A DNA stretch of 64,000 nt from an uncultured Gemmatimonadaceae bacterium (GTDB lineage Bacteria; Gemmatimonadota; Gemmatimonadetes; Gemmatimonadales; Gemmatimonadaceae): positions 160,001 through 224,000 of the forward strand of contig CAWAGQ010000004.1 in the NCBI GenBank assembly GCA_963781585.1, read 5' to 3'. A program made the translations under genes and the position numbers. Position 1 is the first letter of the stretch, and each line of letters starts with the position of its first letter. Under the pieces are notes generated by a model. The model did no database searches. It saw only the letters and a program-made list of their open reading frames with translations, and was not told the origin of the DNA. Positions 20,321 to 29,212 of the stretch are shown piece after piece.

Positions 20321-21868
20321 CTACTCCGCGCGCGCGAGGTCGAGCAGGTCGTACAACTCCTTCAGCGACTCCTCATCCGCTGCCCCCCGCTCGCGCATGG
20401 CGTCGCGCACTTCGATCGCACGGTCCAGCGCCGACCGGCCACGATAGAGCAGGGTGTCGATCGGGACGATGTCGTCGCTCTCGAGGCGCGCCGGTGGGCT
20501 GAGCGGCTCGTCCTCGAGCGACCGCAACCCCGCGAGGCCCGTCTGCAGGAGTGCCTGGAGCGCCTGACCCGAGGCGCCGCGATTCGGTGATGGGACCTTC
20601 GCCCCCAGCGGAACCCGGGCGGCCGCCGGTTCCGAGGGAGCGACCCCGGAGCGCACCGCGGGCTGTGCCGCCGGCGTCACGCGCCGAGACCGCGACAGCA
20701 GTGCCACCCGCTGTTCGATCTCCGCAACCGGGACGCCCGGCAGAAGCAGGATCTGTGCTGCGGCATCGACCGCATTCAGCCCTTCGACGTCGAGCGGATC
20801 CGATCGACGTCCGGCGTCCCCGAAGAACGCAGCGGCCTGCGGCGCATCGAACCCGGCGGCGAATCGTTCCATCCGGTCCAGGTTGAGGCGGAGATCCCGA
20901 CGAACGCGTTCGCGAGTGATGGGGTCGACGGCGACCCGCGCGTCGGCCACGAGTCGGCGAAGGTGCTCGGCGCGCGTCGTGCCTTCCTCGCGAAAGCGCG
21001 CGTCGGGGGCGCTCGCAGTCCCGCGCTCGACAACGTGCGGTCCGGTGTCGGAATAGAACAGCTGGTCGATCGGCACCACCGGAGGCTCGGATTCCAGGCG
21101 GGTATCGCGAGCAGCCGAGGCGCGCGCGAATCGCGCGATCTCGCCGCTGGCCAGGTTGATGCGGCCGCGGGCGCGCAGGTCGGCGGAGGCGCGCCGGAGC
21201 AGGGCAGCGGCCGCGCGAAAGAGCTCCCCTTCGGTCTCGGTCAGCGGTGCGTCGGGAGACAGCGAGCGGAGTCCGGTCTCGACGCTGTCCGCGACATCGC
21301 CCAGCGGCGCGTGATCCGCCACGCCGGCGATGCCGCGCAGGCTGCGGACGCGGCTCACGACGTCGTCCAGCAGCGCCCGGTTGCTGGAATCGGCGACGAA
21401 CGCGTCCAGATCGGTGGCGATGGCGGCGATCTGCAGCGCGACATACACCGGCGCGGTGGTCGCGGCCGGCGCCGGGGGTGTCGGCCGCGCTCCTTCGTTA
21501 GGCACGTGCCGTCGCAGGGCGGTGATGCGGCGACTGGCGCGCTGATCGTCGGCCGCGGTCCAGCTCGAGGCGGCCGTGATCAATGCCCGCAGGTCTTCAA
21601 CCGCGTCGCGCAGGTCGTCCAGCAGGCCCAGCGACCAGGACAGTCCGCCATCCCGAAGCTCGTTGCCGATCCGCTCCAGCACGAACGCCAGCTCTCCTAC
21701 GCGCGGCACGCGGGCCATGGTAGCGCTGCCTCTTAGCGCCCGCGCAGCGGCCACGAAAGCCCCGGCGTCGGGCTCGCTGTCGTGCCGGGCGAGCTCTCCC
21801 TGAATGGCCTCCAGGTACTCGTCGGCCTCGGCATGGAAGAATCGCAGCAGATCCGGGGAGTGAGTCAT
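20321..21868 (-). CDS. Protein with two degenerate Hpt-like domains
   Basis: FF..EADEYL...ARALRGSATMA...LA..LE and a second VRSLRGIAG...VA..VE; internal repeat VPID.L.Y. Confidence 0.7.
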   Translation of the reverse strand: MTHSPDLLRFFHAEADEYLEAIQGELARHDSEPDAGAFVAAARALRGSATMARVPRVGELAFVLERIGNELRDGGLSWSLGLLDDLRDAVEDLRALITAASSWTAADDQRASRRITALRRHVPNEGARPTPPAPAATTAPVYVALQIAAIATDLDAFVADSSNRALLDDVVSRVRSLRGIAGVADHAPLGDVADSVETGLRSLSPDAPLTETEGELFRAAAALLRRASADLRARGRINLASGEIARFARASAARDTRLESEPPVVPIDQLFYSDTGPHVVERGTASAPDARFREEGTTRAEHLRRLVADARVAVDPITRERVRRDLRLNLDRMERFAAGFDAPQAAAFFGDAGRRSDPLDVEGLNAVDAAAQILLLPGVPVAEIEQRVALLSRSRRVTPAAQPAVRSGVAPSEPAAARVPLGAKVPSPNRGASGQALQALLQTGLAGLRSLEDEPLSPPARLESDDIVPIDTLLYRGRSALDRAIEVRDAMRERGAADEESLKELYDLLDLARAE

Positions 21869-21904
21869 GAGCGGATGGCGGCTGGGATATCCGTGGGCAG
21901 GCGA

Positions 21905-22642
21905 CTACGCCCCGCCCCGCGCGTGACGCATCGCGGTGAGCATCTCACGGACGGCGCTTCCGATCCCTGCGAACACGGCACGGCTCACGATGGAATGTCC
22001 GATGTTGAGTTCCTCGATCTCAGGGACGGCTGCCACCCGCCCGACGTTTCGCAAGGTAAGGCCATGGCCGGCATGGACGTGCAGGCCAAGACCCACCCCG
22101 TGGGCCGCCGCCTTCCGGATTGCCGCGATCCTGGACGGGTCGTCGGGCGCCTCCGCGTAACGCCCGGTGTGAAGCTCGACGGCGTCTGCGCCAAGGTCCC
22201 GAGAGCGGGTCACGGCGTCCGCGTCCGGATCGATGAAGAGGCTGACGCGAACGGACGCGGCGCGCAGCTGTTCGACGGCTCGGGTAAGCGCACCCTGGTG
22301 ATCCCGTCCCACATCGAGCCCTCCCTCGGTCGTCAGCTCTTCCCTCCGTTCCGGCACCAGGGTCACCTGATACGGCCGGAGGCGTCCGCCGATGCCCAGC
22401 ATTTCGTCCACGCAGGCCATCTCCAGATTGAACACCGTCCGAATGGTGCGCGCCAGCCGCTCGACGTCGCCGTCCTGGATGTGCCGGCGGTCTTCTCGGA
22501 GGTGCGCGGTGATCCCGTCGGCGCCGGCAGCCTCGCACTCCAGCGCGGCGGAAACCGGATCGGGTTCCGCACCATGACGCGCCTCGCGGATCGTAGCGAT
22601 GTGATCGACGTTGATGTACAGCCGCTGACGGGGAATTGGCAC
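21905..22642 (-). CDS. pdxJ: Pyridoxine 5'-phosphate synthase
   Basis: NVDHIATIREAR, ITAHLREDRRHI, VPERREELTTEGGLD, ELHTG, HAGHGL, ELNIGH. Confidence 0.97.
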   Translation of the reverse strand: MPIPRQRLYINVDHIATIREARHGAEPDPVSAALECEAAGADGITAHLREDRRHIQDGDVERLARTIRTVFNLEMACVDEMLGIGGRLRPYQVTLVPERREELTTEGGLDVGRDHQGALTRAVEQLRAASVRVSLFIDPDADAVTRSRDLGADAVELHTGRYAEAPDDPSRIAAIRKAAAHGVGLGLHVHAGHGLTLRNVGRVAAVPEIEELNIGHSIVSRAVFAGIGSAVREMLTAMRHARGGA

Positions 22643-22749
22643 GGTCAGGAATCGTCTCGCGTGGCGCGTCCCCGGCTGTTGCCCGACGGGACGTTGCTCG
22701 TCGCAACCGGGGTCATTACGTTCGCTGGTAATCTCGCTCGGAGCAGTCC

Positions 22750-23178
22750 GTGAGAAAGTGGGTATTGCTTGCCTTGCTGGCGTGCGGGTGCGGTCGAAAT
22801 CCCGGCCCCGGTGTGTCGATGACCGGCGCGGTGGCGCCACGGCAGGCGGTGATCGTGTTCCTGAACGCCGTGGAGTCGCAGGACCTGCAAGCCATGTCGA
22901 CCGTGTGGGGCACGTCTCAGGGACCGGCGCGGGACCAGATCGACCGATCGGACCTCGATAAGCGGCTCATCCTGATGCAGAGTTGCTTTGCGCACGATCG
23001 CTACCAGGTGGTCGACGAGGGACCCGCCCCGACGGGCGAGCACCAGGTGCGAGTCACGCTGGTGCGCGGTGCCAAGTCCCGGACAGTGTCGTTCGTTACG
23101 TACAAGGGTCCATCGGATCGCTACTACATGAGCGTTCTCGAGAAGGACTTCAACGCCATCCGCGATTTCTGCTCGTGA
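22750..23178 (+). CDS. Hypothetical lipoprotein (possible NTF2-like fold)
   Basis: MRK + hydrophobic stretch + LACGC lipobox; GC3-rich codons; fills the gap between pdxJ and mce. Confidence 0.75.
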   Translation: MRKWVLLALLACGCGRNPGPGVSMTGAVAPRQAVIVFLNAVESQDLQAMSTVWGTSQGPARDQIDRSDLDKRLILMQSCFAHDRYQVVDEGPAPTGEHQVRVTLVRGAKSRTVSFVTYKGPSDRYYMSVLEKDFNAIRDFCS

Positions 23179-23214
23179 TCCGCGCATAGCGGAACCGCGT
23201 TGCCTGCGGCGAGA

Positions 23215-23625
23215 TTAGTACTCGGACAGTTCGACAAGGATTCCCGACGTCGACGAGGGGTGGAGAAACGCGATTCGTTTCCCCTCCGCTCCCGTTCGTG
23301 GGTGTTCATCGATCACACGCAGGCCGGCGTCACGACAGCGCTGCAGGGTGGCGTCGAGGTCATCCACCGCGAAGCAGATGTGGTGGATTCCGGGTCCGCG
23401 TCTGGCGAGGAACCGCCCGATGGGCGACTCAGGCTCTTGTGCCTCGAGCAGCTCGACGAGCGACCGATCGGCGGTGAAGCCCGCAATGCGTGCGCTGTCA
23501 GCATCGGCCAGCGCCTGTTCCGGCAACCCCAGAATGTCGCGGTAGAAGGGCACCGCGTCGGCCAGGGACCGGACGGCGATTCCGACGTGCGCGATGCGCG
23601 TGGCGCGGGTGCGGGGGTCCTCCAT
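23215..23625 (-). CDS. mce: Methylmalonyl-CoA epimerase (VOC family)
   Basis: IAHVGIAV, VELLE...SPIGRFL..RGPGIHHICFAVDD, IAFLHP.ST.GILVEL. Confidence 0.9.
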   Translation of the reverse strand: MEDPRTRATRIAHVGIAVRSLADAVPFYRDILGLPEQALADADSARIAGFTADRSLVELLEAQEPESPIGRFLARRGPGIHHICFAVDDLDATLQRCRDAGLRVIDEHPRTGAEGKRIAFLHPSSTSGILVELSEY

Positions 23626-23708
23626 CGAACAGGCGCTCCGAGAGGCGGTGCGCGCACAAGCTAGCCTGCGTCCATGGTGACGCGAAGGCCCAGGGAGGCC
23701 AACCGAAC

Positions 23709-24035
23709 ATGTCCACTGCGGTCGCGGTAACCGATCAGACGTTTGAACTGGAAATCGAGAAGCACACCGGACTGGCGGTCGTGGACTTCTGGGCTGGGTG
23801 GTGCGGTCCATGTCGCCTCATCGCCCCAATTCTTGACCAGCTGGCCGTCGAATACGCCGGCAAGGCGAAGGTCGCCAAGATGGACGTTGATGCGAACATG
23901 CGGACGCCGACCCGGTTCAACGTTCGGTCCATCCCGATGGTGCTGTTCTTCAAGGACGGGCTCCTGGTCGATCAGGTCGTGGGTGCCGTCCCACGTCCCG
24001 TGCTCGAGGAGAAGTTTCGCAAGCACGCCGCCTAA
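23709..24035 (+). CDS. trxA: Thioredoxin
   Basis: VDFWAGWCGPCR, VRSIP; SD GGAGG upstream. Confidence 0.97.
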   Translation: MSTAVAVTDQTFELEIEKHTGLAVVDFWAGWCGPCRLIAPILDQLAVEYAGKAKVAKMDVDANMRTPTRFNVRSIPMVLFFKDGLLVDQVVGAVPRPVLEEKFRKHAA

Positions 24036-24051
24036 CCCCTGGCGGGGCGGC

Positions 24052-24888
24052 ATGGACACCGTCGTCGCGGGCGGCATTCTGTACGTCGTTGCCACGCCGA
24101 TCGGCAACCTCGGCGACGTCACGTTGCGTGCCCTCGACGTGCTGCGCGGCGTCCACCTGATACTGGCAGAGGATACCCGAACAACGCGGATTCTGCTCGA
24201 TCACTTCGGCATCCGAGCGTCCATGCGGTCCCTGCACGAGCACAACGAGGCGCGTTCGATTGGCGGCGTGCTGCAGCGCCTGGCACGAGACGAGGCGGTC
24301 GCGCTGGTGTCGGACGCGGGCACGCCGCTCATTTCCGATCCCGGTGGCCGCCTGGTGCGTGCCGTCTGGGAGGCTGGACGGCGCGTCGTCCCCGTCCCTG
24401 GGGCGAGCGCGGTCACCGCGGCCCTCTCCGCGGCAGGCGTGGACACGAACCGATTCACCTTCCTCGGCTTCCTCCCCCGTTCCGGAAAGGAGCGCGCGGC
24501 GGCGCTGCACGCGCTTAGCACAATGCCGCACACGAGCGTACTTTACGAGTCTCCCGGGAGGCTCGCGCGTACGCTCCGGGACCTTGCCGGAGTCGGGTGC
24601 GGCGACCGGGAAGCGGTAGTCGCGCGCGAGGTGACCAAACGATTCGAAGACTTCCGGCGCGGAACGGTGTCCTCGCTCGCAGCGTACTACGCTTCGTCGC
24701 CCCCACGCGGCGAAGTCGTGATCGTGTGCGCGGGACGTCCCGAGGAAGTGGCCGACGAAACGATGCTCCGTGAACGTGTGCGTGCCATGCAGGAGAACGG
24801 CGCCAGCGCGCGCGAGATCATGAGCGCGCTGGCGCGTGAGCATGGCGTCGCCCGGAATCTGGCGTACCGGCTGGCTCACGGCGCATGA
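24052..24888 (+). CDS. rsmI: 16S rRNA (cytidine1402-2'-O)-methyltransferase
   Basis: LYVVATPIGNLGD, AEDTR, VSDAGTPLISDPG, YESP.R, REVTKRFE. Confidence 0.96.
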   Translation: MDTVVAGGILYVVATPIGNLGDVTLRALDVLRGVHLILAEDTRTTRILLDHFGIRASMRSLHEHNEARSIGGVLQRLARDEAVALVSDAGTPLISDPGGRLVRAVWEAGRRVVPVPGASAVTAALSAAGVDTNRFTFLGFLPRSGKERAAALHALSTMPHTSVLYESPGRLARTLRDLAGVGCGDREAVVAREVTKRFEDFRRGTVSSLAAYYASSPPRGEVVIVCAGRPEEVADETMLRERVRAMQENGASAREIMSALAREHGVARNLAYRLAHGA

Positions 24889-25622
24889 AAGCTCCCGGGA
24901 TCGCCGCGGCGCTGCTGGCGTTCGTGTTCGCGCCGCCGGGCACCACCCTCCCGGTGCGCACAACTCGCGCGCCGGCGGCCTCCCTGGAACATGGGCACGC
25001 CGGTCTCGCGTCGGCTCCGCGGATGACGATCGCGCGGCTTCAGTACGGCGGCGGCGGAGACTGGTACGCCAATCCCTCCAGCCTCCCCAATCTGCTGAAG
25101 GCGATCAACGAGCGAACGACGCTGCGGGTGGAGAATACGGAAGCGCGCGTCACGCTCATGGACGAACGCCTGTGGGACTTTCCATTCCTGCACGTCACCG
25201 GACACGGAACCATCCGGTTCTCCGACGAAGAGGTCGTGCGCCTGCGGGACTACCTGCTGCGCGGCGGTTTCCTGCACGTCGACGACAATTATGGATTGGA
25301 CGAGAGCTTCCGGAAGGAGATCGGTCGCGTGTTCCCCAACCGGCCGCTCGTGGACGTGCCGCTGACCCATCCCATCTATCACATCGTCTACGATTTCCCC
25401 AAGGGTATTCCGAAGATCCACGAGCACGATGGAGCGCCGGCACGCGGCTTCGGCATCTTCATTGGAGATCGGCTCGCCGTGTACTACAGCTACTCGAGCG
25501 ATCTGGGGAATGGATGGGAGGACCCCGGCACGTACAACGATCCTCCCGCGCTGCATGAAGCGGCGCTGCGCATGGGAGTCAACCTGTTCGTCTACGCCGT
25601 GACCAGCCGGCCCACATCATGA
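24885..25622 (+). CDS. DUF4159 domain secreted protein
   Basis: IARLQYGGGGDWY, PFLHVTGHG, LRDYLLRGGFLHVDDNYG, DLGNGWED, ALRMGVN. Confidence 0.85.
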   Translation: MKAPGIAAALLAFVFAPPGTTLPVRTTRAPAASLEHGHAGLASAPRMTIARLQYGGGGDWYANPSSLPNLLKAINERTTLRVENTEARVTLMDERLWDFPFLHVTGHGTIRFSDEEVVRLRDYLLRGGFLHVDDNYGLDESFRKEIGRVFPNRPLVDVPLTHPIYHIVYDFPKGIPKIHEHDGAPARGFGIFIGDRLAVYYSYSSDLGNGWEDPGTYNDPPALHEAALRMGVNLFVYAVTSRPTS

Positions 25623-28600
25623 GTCTTCGCGATCTCCTCGAACGAGAGCGACGCCGGGTCACCTGGCTGTCGGCCGCCGCCGTCGCCACGGTACTGACCG
25701 GCACAGTAGCGGTCCTGGTCGCACTCTCGGCGCTCCTGCTGGCCGGAGCGCGATGGCTGGTGCTTCCGCGGCCGGTGCCGTACTTGCTGTGGCTGGTGAT
25801 TGGCCTGGTGTTGGCAACAGGTGTCCGATTCGCGCGACGTCGTCTGGCGCGCGATGGGTCCGTCGGCGGGGTCGCACGCGCGGTAGAGCACGAGCGCACG
25901 CTGCGCGACGGCGCCCTGCGCGGCGCGCTTGAAGTCGCCGACTCGGGCGCCCTGGGACGTCTCAACGCCGAACGGATGGCTGACCGGCTGTCGTCGCTGA
26001 GCGGCGGCGCGTTGGCACCCCGGATGCGCCAACGGATGCGCCGGCGGGTCATGGCGGGAAGCGCGGCGGCGGTTGCAGGCGCCGTAATGCTCGTGGCCGG
26101 CGCGACGACGGCCACGGATGGCTGGGCAGCGCTGGTCCATCCACTCCGCGCCTGGCGGGGAACGCTCCTCGATGGAGTTCGACTGGACCGGGTGCCGCGG
26201 GCAGTGCTGCGGGGAGAACGCGTGTCGTTCGAAGTGCGTGCGCCCGGACGTCGCGAGGTGTCGGTCGCGTATCGCATCACGGGCGCGTCGTGGCGCGAGT
26301 CGCACTTCCCGGTGCGCGACGGCAGTGCCACGGTGCGACTCGATCCGGTGGATGCCGACGTGGCGCTGTTTGCCACCGACGGCCGCGCCGTGAGCGATAC
26401 CGCCGTGGTGCGTGTCGTGGAACGGCCGTTCGTTGGCGACGTGACCATCCGCGCGCAGTTCCCGGCGTATCTCGACCGGCGTGAAGAGACCATTCCCCTC
26501 GGCGAGCCCGCACGGGTGCCTCAGGGCACCGTGCTGTCGTTCGACGGCCAATCATCCACCGAACTGCGCGACGTGCGACTCGTAAACGGCCGCGACACGG
26601 TTGCGATGCGGGCCGAGACCCGGCACTTCTCCGGTCGCATGTCGGCTGCGGCGAGCGGCAGGTACGAATGGCATGCCGTCGGCGCGGGTGGTCCGATTGC
26701 CGACGTACCGCCGCCGCTCGATCTCGAAGTGCTTCCCGATTCGGCTCCACGCGTGGAGATCCTCGCTCCGTCGGGAGACACGACCGTGATGGCCGGCGAT
26801 ACGGTCACGGTATCTGTCCTGGCAACCGACGACCACGGGATCCACTCGATCGATTTGCGGTCGTGGATCGTCACGGCGCGAGGCGCCGTGCGACCGTGGT
26901 CCGGCCGTTCGGTGGATGTGGCGAATCAGCCCCAATGGGCGGGGGAGACTGCCCTCATTACGTCGGCGCTGACACCCGGCGACGCCATGCACGTGGTGGT
27001 GTCGGCTTTCGACGGCTCGCCGTGGCATCTCAAGGGAGAAAGCCGCGAATTGGTGTTGCGCCTCCCAACACTGAGCGAACAGCGGGAGGCGGCGCGGGCA
27101 GCTGGTGACTCGACAGTGGAGCGCGCGGCCGCCACGGCAGCAGCCGAGAAGCAACTCCAGCAGCGCACCAGCGACGCGTCGCGCCGCCGCGATCGCGAGA
27201 CCAGCAGCGCAACCAACGCGCGCGGGCAGAGCGCGATGAGTTATCAGGCTTCGGAGGAGGCCAAGGCGTACGCCAAGGAGCAGCGCGATCTGACGAATCG
27301 CGTCCAGCAGCTCCAGCGTGCCGCCCAGCAGCTCGAGCAGCAGCTTCGGCAGGCGGGGGCGCTCGACAGCGGTTTGCAGGCCCGGCTGCGGGAAGCGCAG
27401 CAGCTCTTGAACGAAGCCCTGACGCCGGAGTTGGCGGAGCAGCTCAAGAAGCTGGAGCAGGCATCGCAGAAGCTGTCGGCCGAAGACGCGCGGAAGGCAT
27501 TGGCGGACCTGGCGCAGCAGCAGCAGCGGCTCCGGGAACAACTCGAGAAGAGCGTGGAGATGCTGAAACGCGCGGCGCTGGAAGGCAGCATGGCGACGCT
27601 CAAGGATGATGCCAACGACCTGGCAAAGCGCGAACGCCAGCTCGCCGATTCGTTGGCGCGCGCCGACGCGCAGCAGCGGCAGGGAGACGCCCAGAGCGAG
27701 GCGAAGAAGCTCGCCGATCGCTCGCGGGATCTGGCGGACGAAGTGAAGTCACTCCAGCAGCGGCTCCAGCAACAGAATGCCCAGAGCGGCGCCGAGCGGG
27801 CCGCGGAGGCACAGCGCCGGGCGCAGGAATCGGCCCAGGCGCTAGACCGCGCGGCGCAGCAGTCAGCCACCCAGCGGCCCAACGACGTGCCGCAGCGTCC
27901 GCAGCAGAACGGCCAGCAGCAGAGCGGCCAGCAGCAGAATGGCCAGCAGCAGAATGGCCAGCAGCAGAGCGGCCAACAGCAGAGTGGTCAGCAGCAGAGC
28001 GGCAAGCAGCAGAGCGGCCAACAGCAGAGCGGCCAACAGCAGAGCGGCCAGCAGCAGAGCGGCCAGCAGCAGAGCGGCCAACAGCAGAGCGGCCAACAGC
28101 AGAGCGGCCAACAGCAGGGTGCCCAGTCGGGCAATAGCTCGCAGGCCGGGCAGCGCCCCGGACAGCAGAGCGGGGCGGACAAGGGCGGCGACAAGCAGAG
28201 CAGCGAAGGGGCCGCTCGTCAGGCAGCGCAGGCGATGGAGGAGGCTGCCAACCAGCTCGCCAAGGCGCGCGAGCAGCAGGTGAGCGAGTGGAAGCAGGAG
28301 CTGACCACGGAGCTCGACCGTTCGATTCAGGAAATGATCGAGCTGGCGCGCACGCAGGATGCGCTGGAACAGAAGGCGCGCCAAGGCGCGACGCCGCAGG
28401 ATCTGCGCGCCGAGCAGGGGACCCTGCAGCAGGGTGTGGACAAGTCGGCGCAGCGGCTCCAGGACGCGGCGCAGAAATCATCGCTCCTGTCCCAACGTTC
28501 GCTGCGGATGGTGTCGGACGCGCGAAAATCGGTCGAGGAAGCCACACGCCAGACGCAGGCGTCGTCCGACGGCTCGCAGGTCGCGAGCGCCATGCGGGAC

Positions 28601-29212
28601 GCTTCGGAGTCGCTCAATCAGGCGGCGGCGTCGCTCGTGCGCGACCGCGAGCGAGCGCAGAACGCCAATTCCGCGTCGGGATTTGCCGAGATGCTGCAGC
28701 AGCTGCAGCAGATGGCGCAGCAGCAATCGTCGCTGAACTCCTCCGTTCAGGACCTGCTGCCGCGGACCGGGGCGCAACTCGACGCCAAGGGGCAGCAGAT
28801 GTCGCGCCAGCTGGCGCGCGACCAGCGGGAGGTGGCCGCGAAGCTCGACGACGTGGCCGATCAGGATGCGACAGGGCGCGCCGAGGAACTGGCGAAGGAG
28901 GCGCGCCAGATCGCGCAGGCGCTGGAAGCGGCCCAGGTGGACCCGAATGTGGTGGCCCGACAGGAGCGTCTGTTCCGCAAGATGCTCGATGCGGGCCGGC
29001 TGCTCGAGGACGACCAGCGAGAGGACACCGGAAAGCGGGAAGCCAAGGCGTGGACCGGCACGGAAGTTTTCACGCCGCAGACCAGCACGGCGGCGGGTCG
29101 CTCGGCATCGCGATTCCAGCCGCCCACCTGGAACGACCTGCGCGGACTGACTCCGGAGGAGCGCCGGTTGGTCCTGGAGTATTTCAAGAAGATCAATGGC
29201 GAGCGGCCGTAG
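25619..29212 (+). CDS. Large membrane-anchored coiled-coil protein (DUF4175-like) with a Gln-rich repeat
   Basis: Three N-terminal hydrophobic segments, Ig-like region (PDSAPRVEILAP, ATDDHGI), long Q/E/A coiled coil, C-terminal LVLEYFKKI. Confidence 0.8.
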   Translation: MSLRDLLERERRRVTWLSAAAVATVLTGTVAVLVALSALLLAGARWLVLPRPVPYLLWLVIGLVLATGVRFARRRLARDGSVGGVARAVEHERTLRDGALRGALEVADSGALGRLNAERMADRLSSLSGGALAPRMRQRMRRRVMAGSAAAVAGAVMLVAGATTATDGWAALVHPLRAWRGTLLDGVRLDRVPRAVLRGERVSFEVRAPGRREVSVAYRITGASWRESHFPVRDGSATVRLDPVDADVALFATDGRAVSDTAVVRVVERPFVGDVTIRAQFPAYLDRREETIPLGEPARVPQGTVLSFDGQSSTELRDVRLVNGRDTVAMRAETRHFSGRMSAAASGRYEWHAVGAGGPIADVPPPLDLEVLPDSAPRVEILAPSGDTTVMAGDTVTVSVLATDDHGIHSIDLRSWIVTARGAVRPWSGRSVDVANQPQWAGETALITSALTPGDAMHVVVSAFDGSPWHLKGESRELVLRLPTLSEQREAARAAGDSTVERAAATAAAEKQLQQRTSDASRRRDRETSSATNARGQSAMSYQASEEAKAYAKEQRDLTNRVQQLQRAAQQLEQQLRQAGALDSGLQARLREAQQLLNEALTPELAEQLKKLEQASQKLSAEDARKALADLAQQQQRLREQLEKSVEMLKRAALEGSMATLKDDANDLAKRERQLADSLARADAQQRQGDAQSEAKKLADRSRDLADEVKSLQQRLQQQNAQSGAERAAEAQRRAQESAQALDRAAQQSATQRPNDVPQRPQQNGQQQSGQQQNGQQQNGQQQSGQQQSGQQQSGKQQSGQQQSGQQQSGQQQSGQQQSGQQQSGQQQSGQQQGAQSGNSSQAGQRPGQQSGADKGGDKQSSEGAARQAAQAMEEAANQLAKAREQQVSEWKQELTTELDRSIQEMIELARTQDALEQKARQGATPQDLRAEQGTLQQGVDKSAQRLQDAAQKSSLLSQRSLRMVSDARKSVEEATRQTQASSDGSQVASAMRDASESLNQAAASLVRDRERAQNANSASGFAEMLQQLQQMAQQQSSLNSSVQDLLPRTGAQLDAKGQQMSRQLARDQREVAAKLDDVADQDATGRAEELAKEARQIAQALEAAQVDPNVVARQERLFRKMLDAGRLLEDDQREDTGKREAKAWTGTEVFTPQTSTAAGRSASRFQPPTWNDLRGLTPEERRLVLEYFKKINGERP
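27911..28120 (+). repeat. In-frame tandem repeat, 14 x 15 bp (consensus GGCCARCAGCAGAGC), encoding (GQQQS/N)n
   Basis: Units counted directly in the DNA and the translation. Confidence 0.95.

Noticed and set aside
27911..28120. Possible CRISPR array, or Cys/Leu-repeat proteins on other frames (CCWPL, LLAAL repeats)
   Set aside because: Contiguous 15-bp units with no spacers and no cas genes. The other-frame peptides are by-products of the GQQQS repeat.
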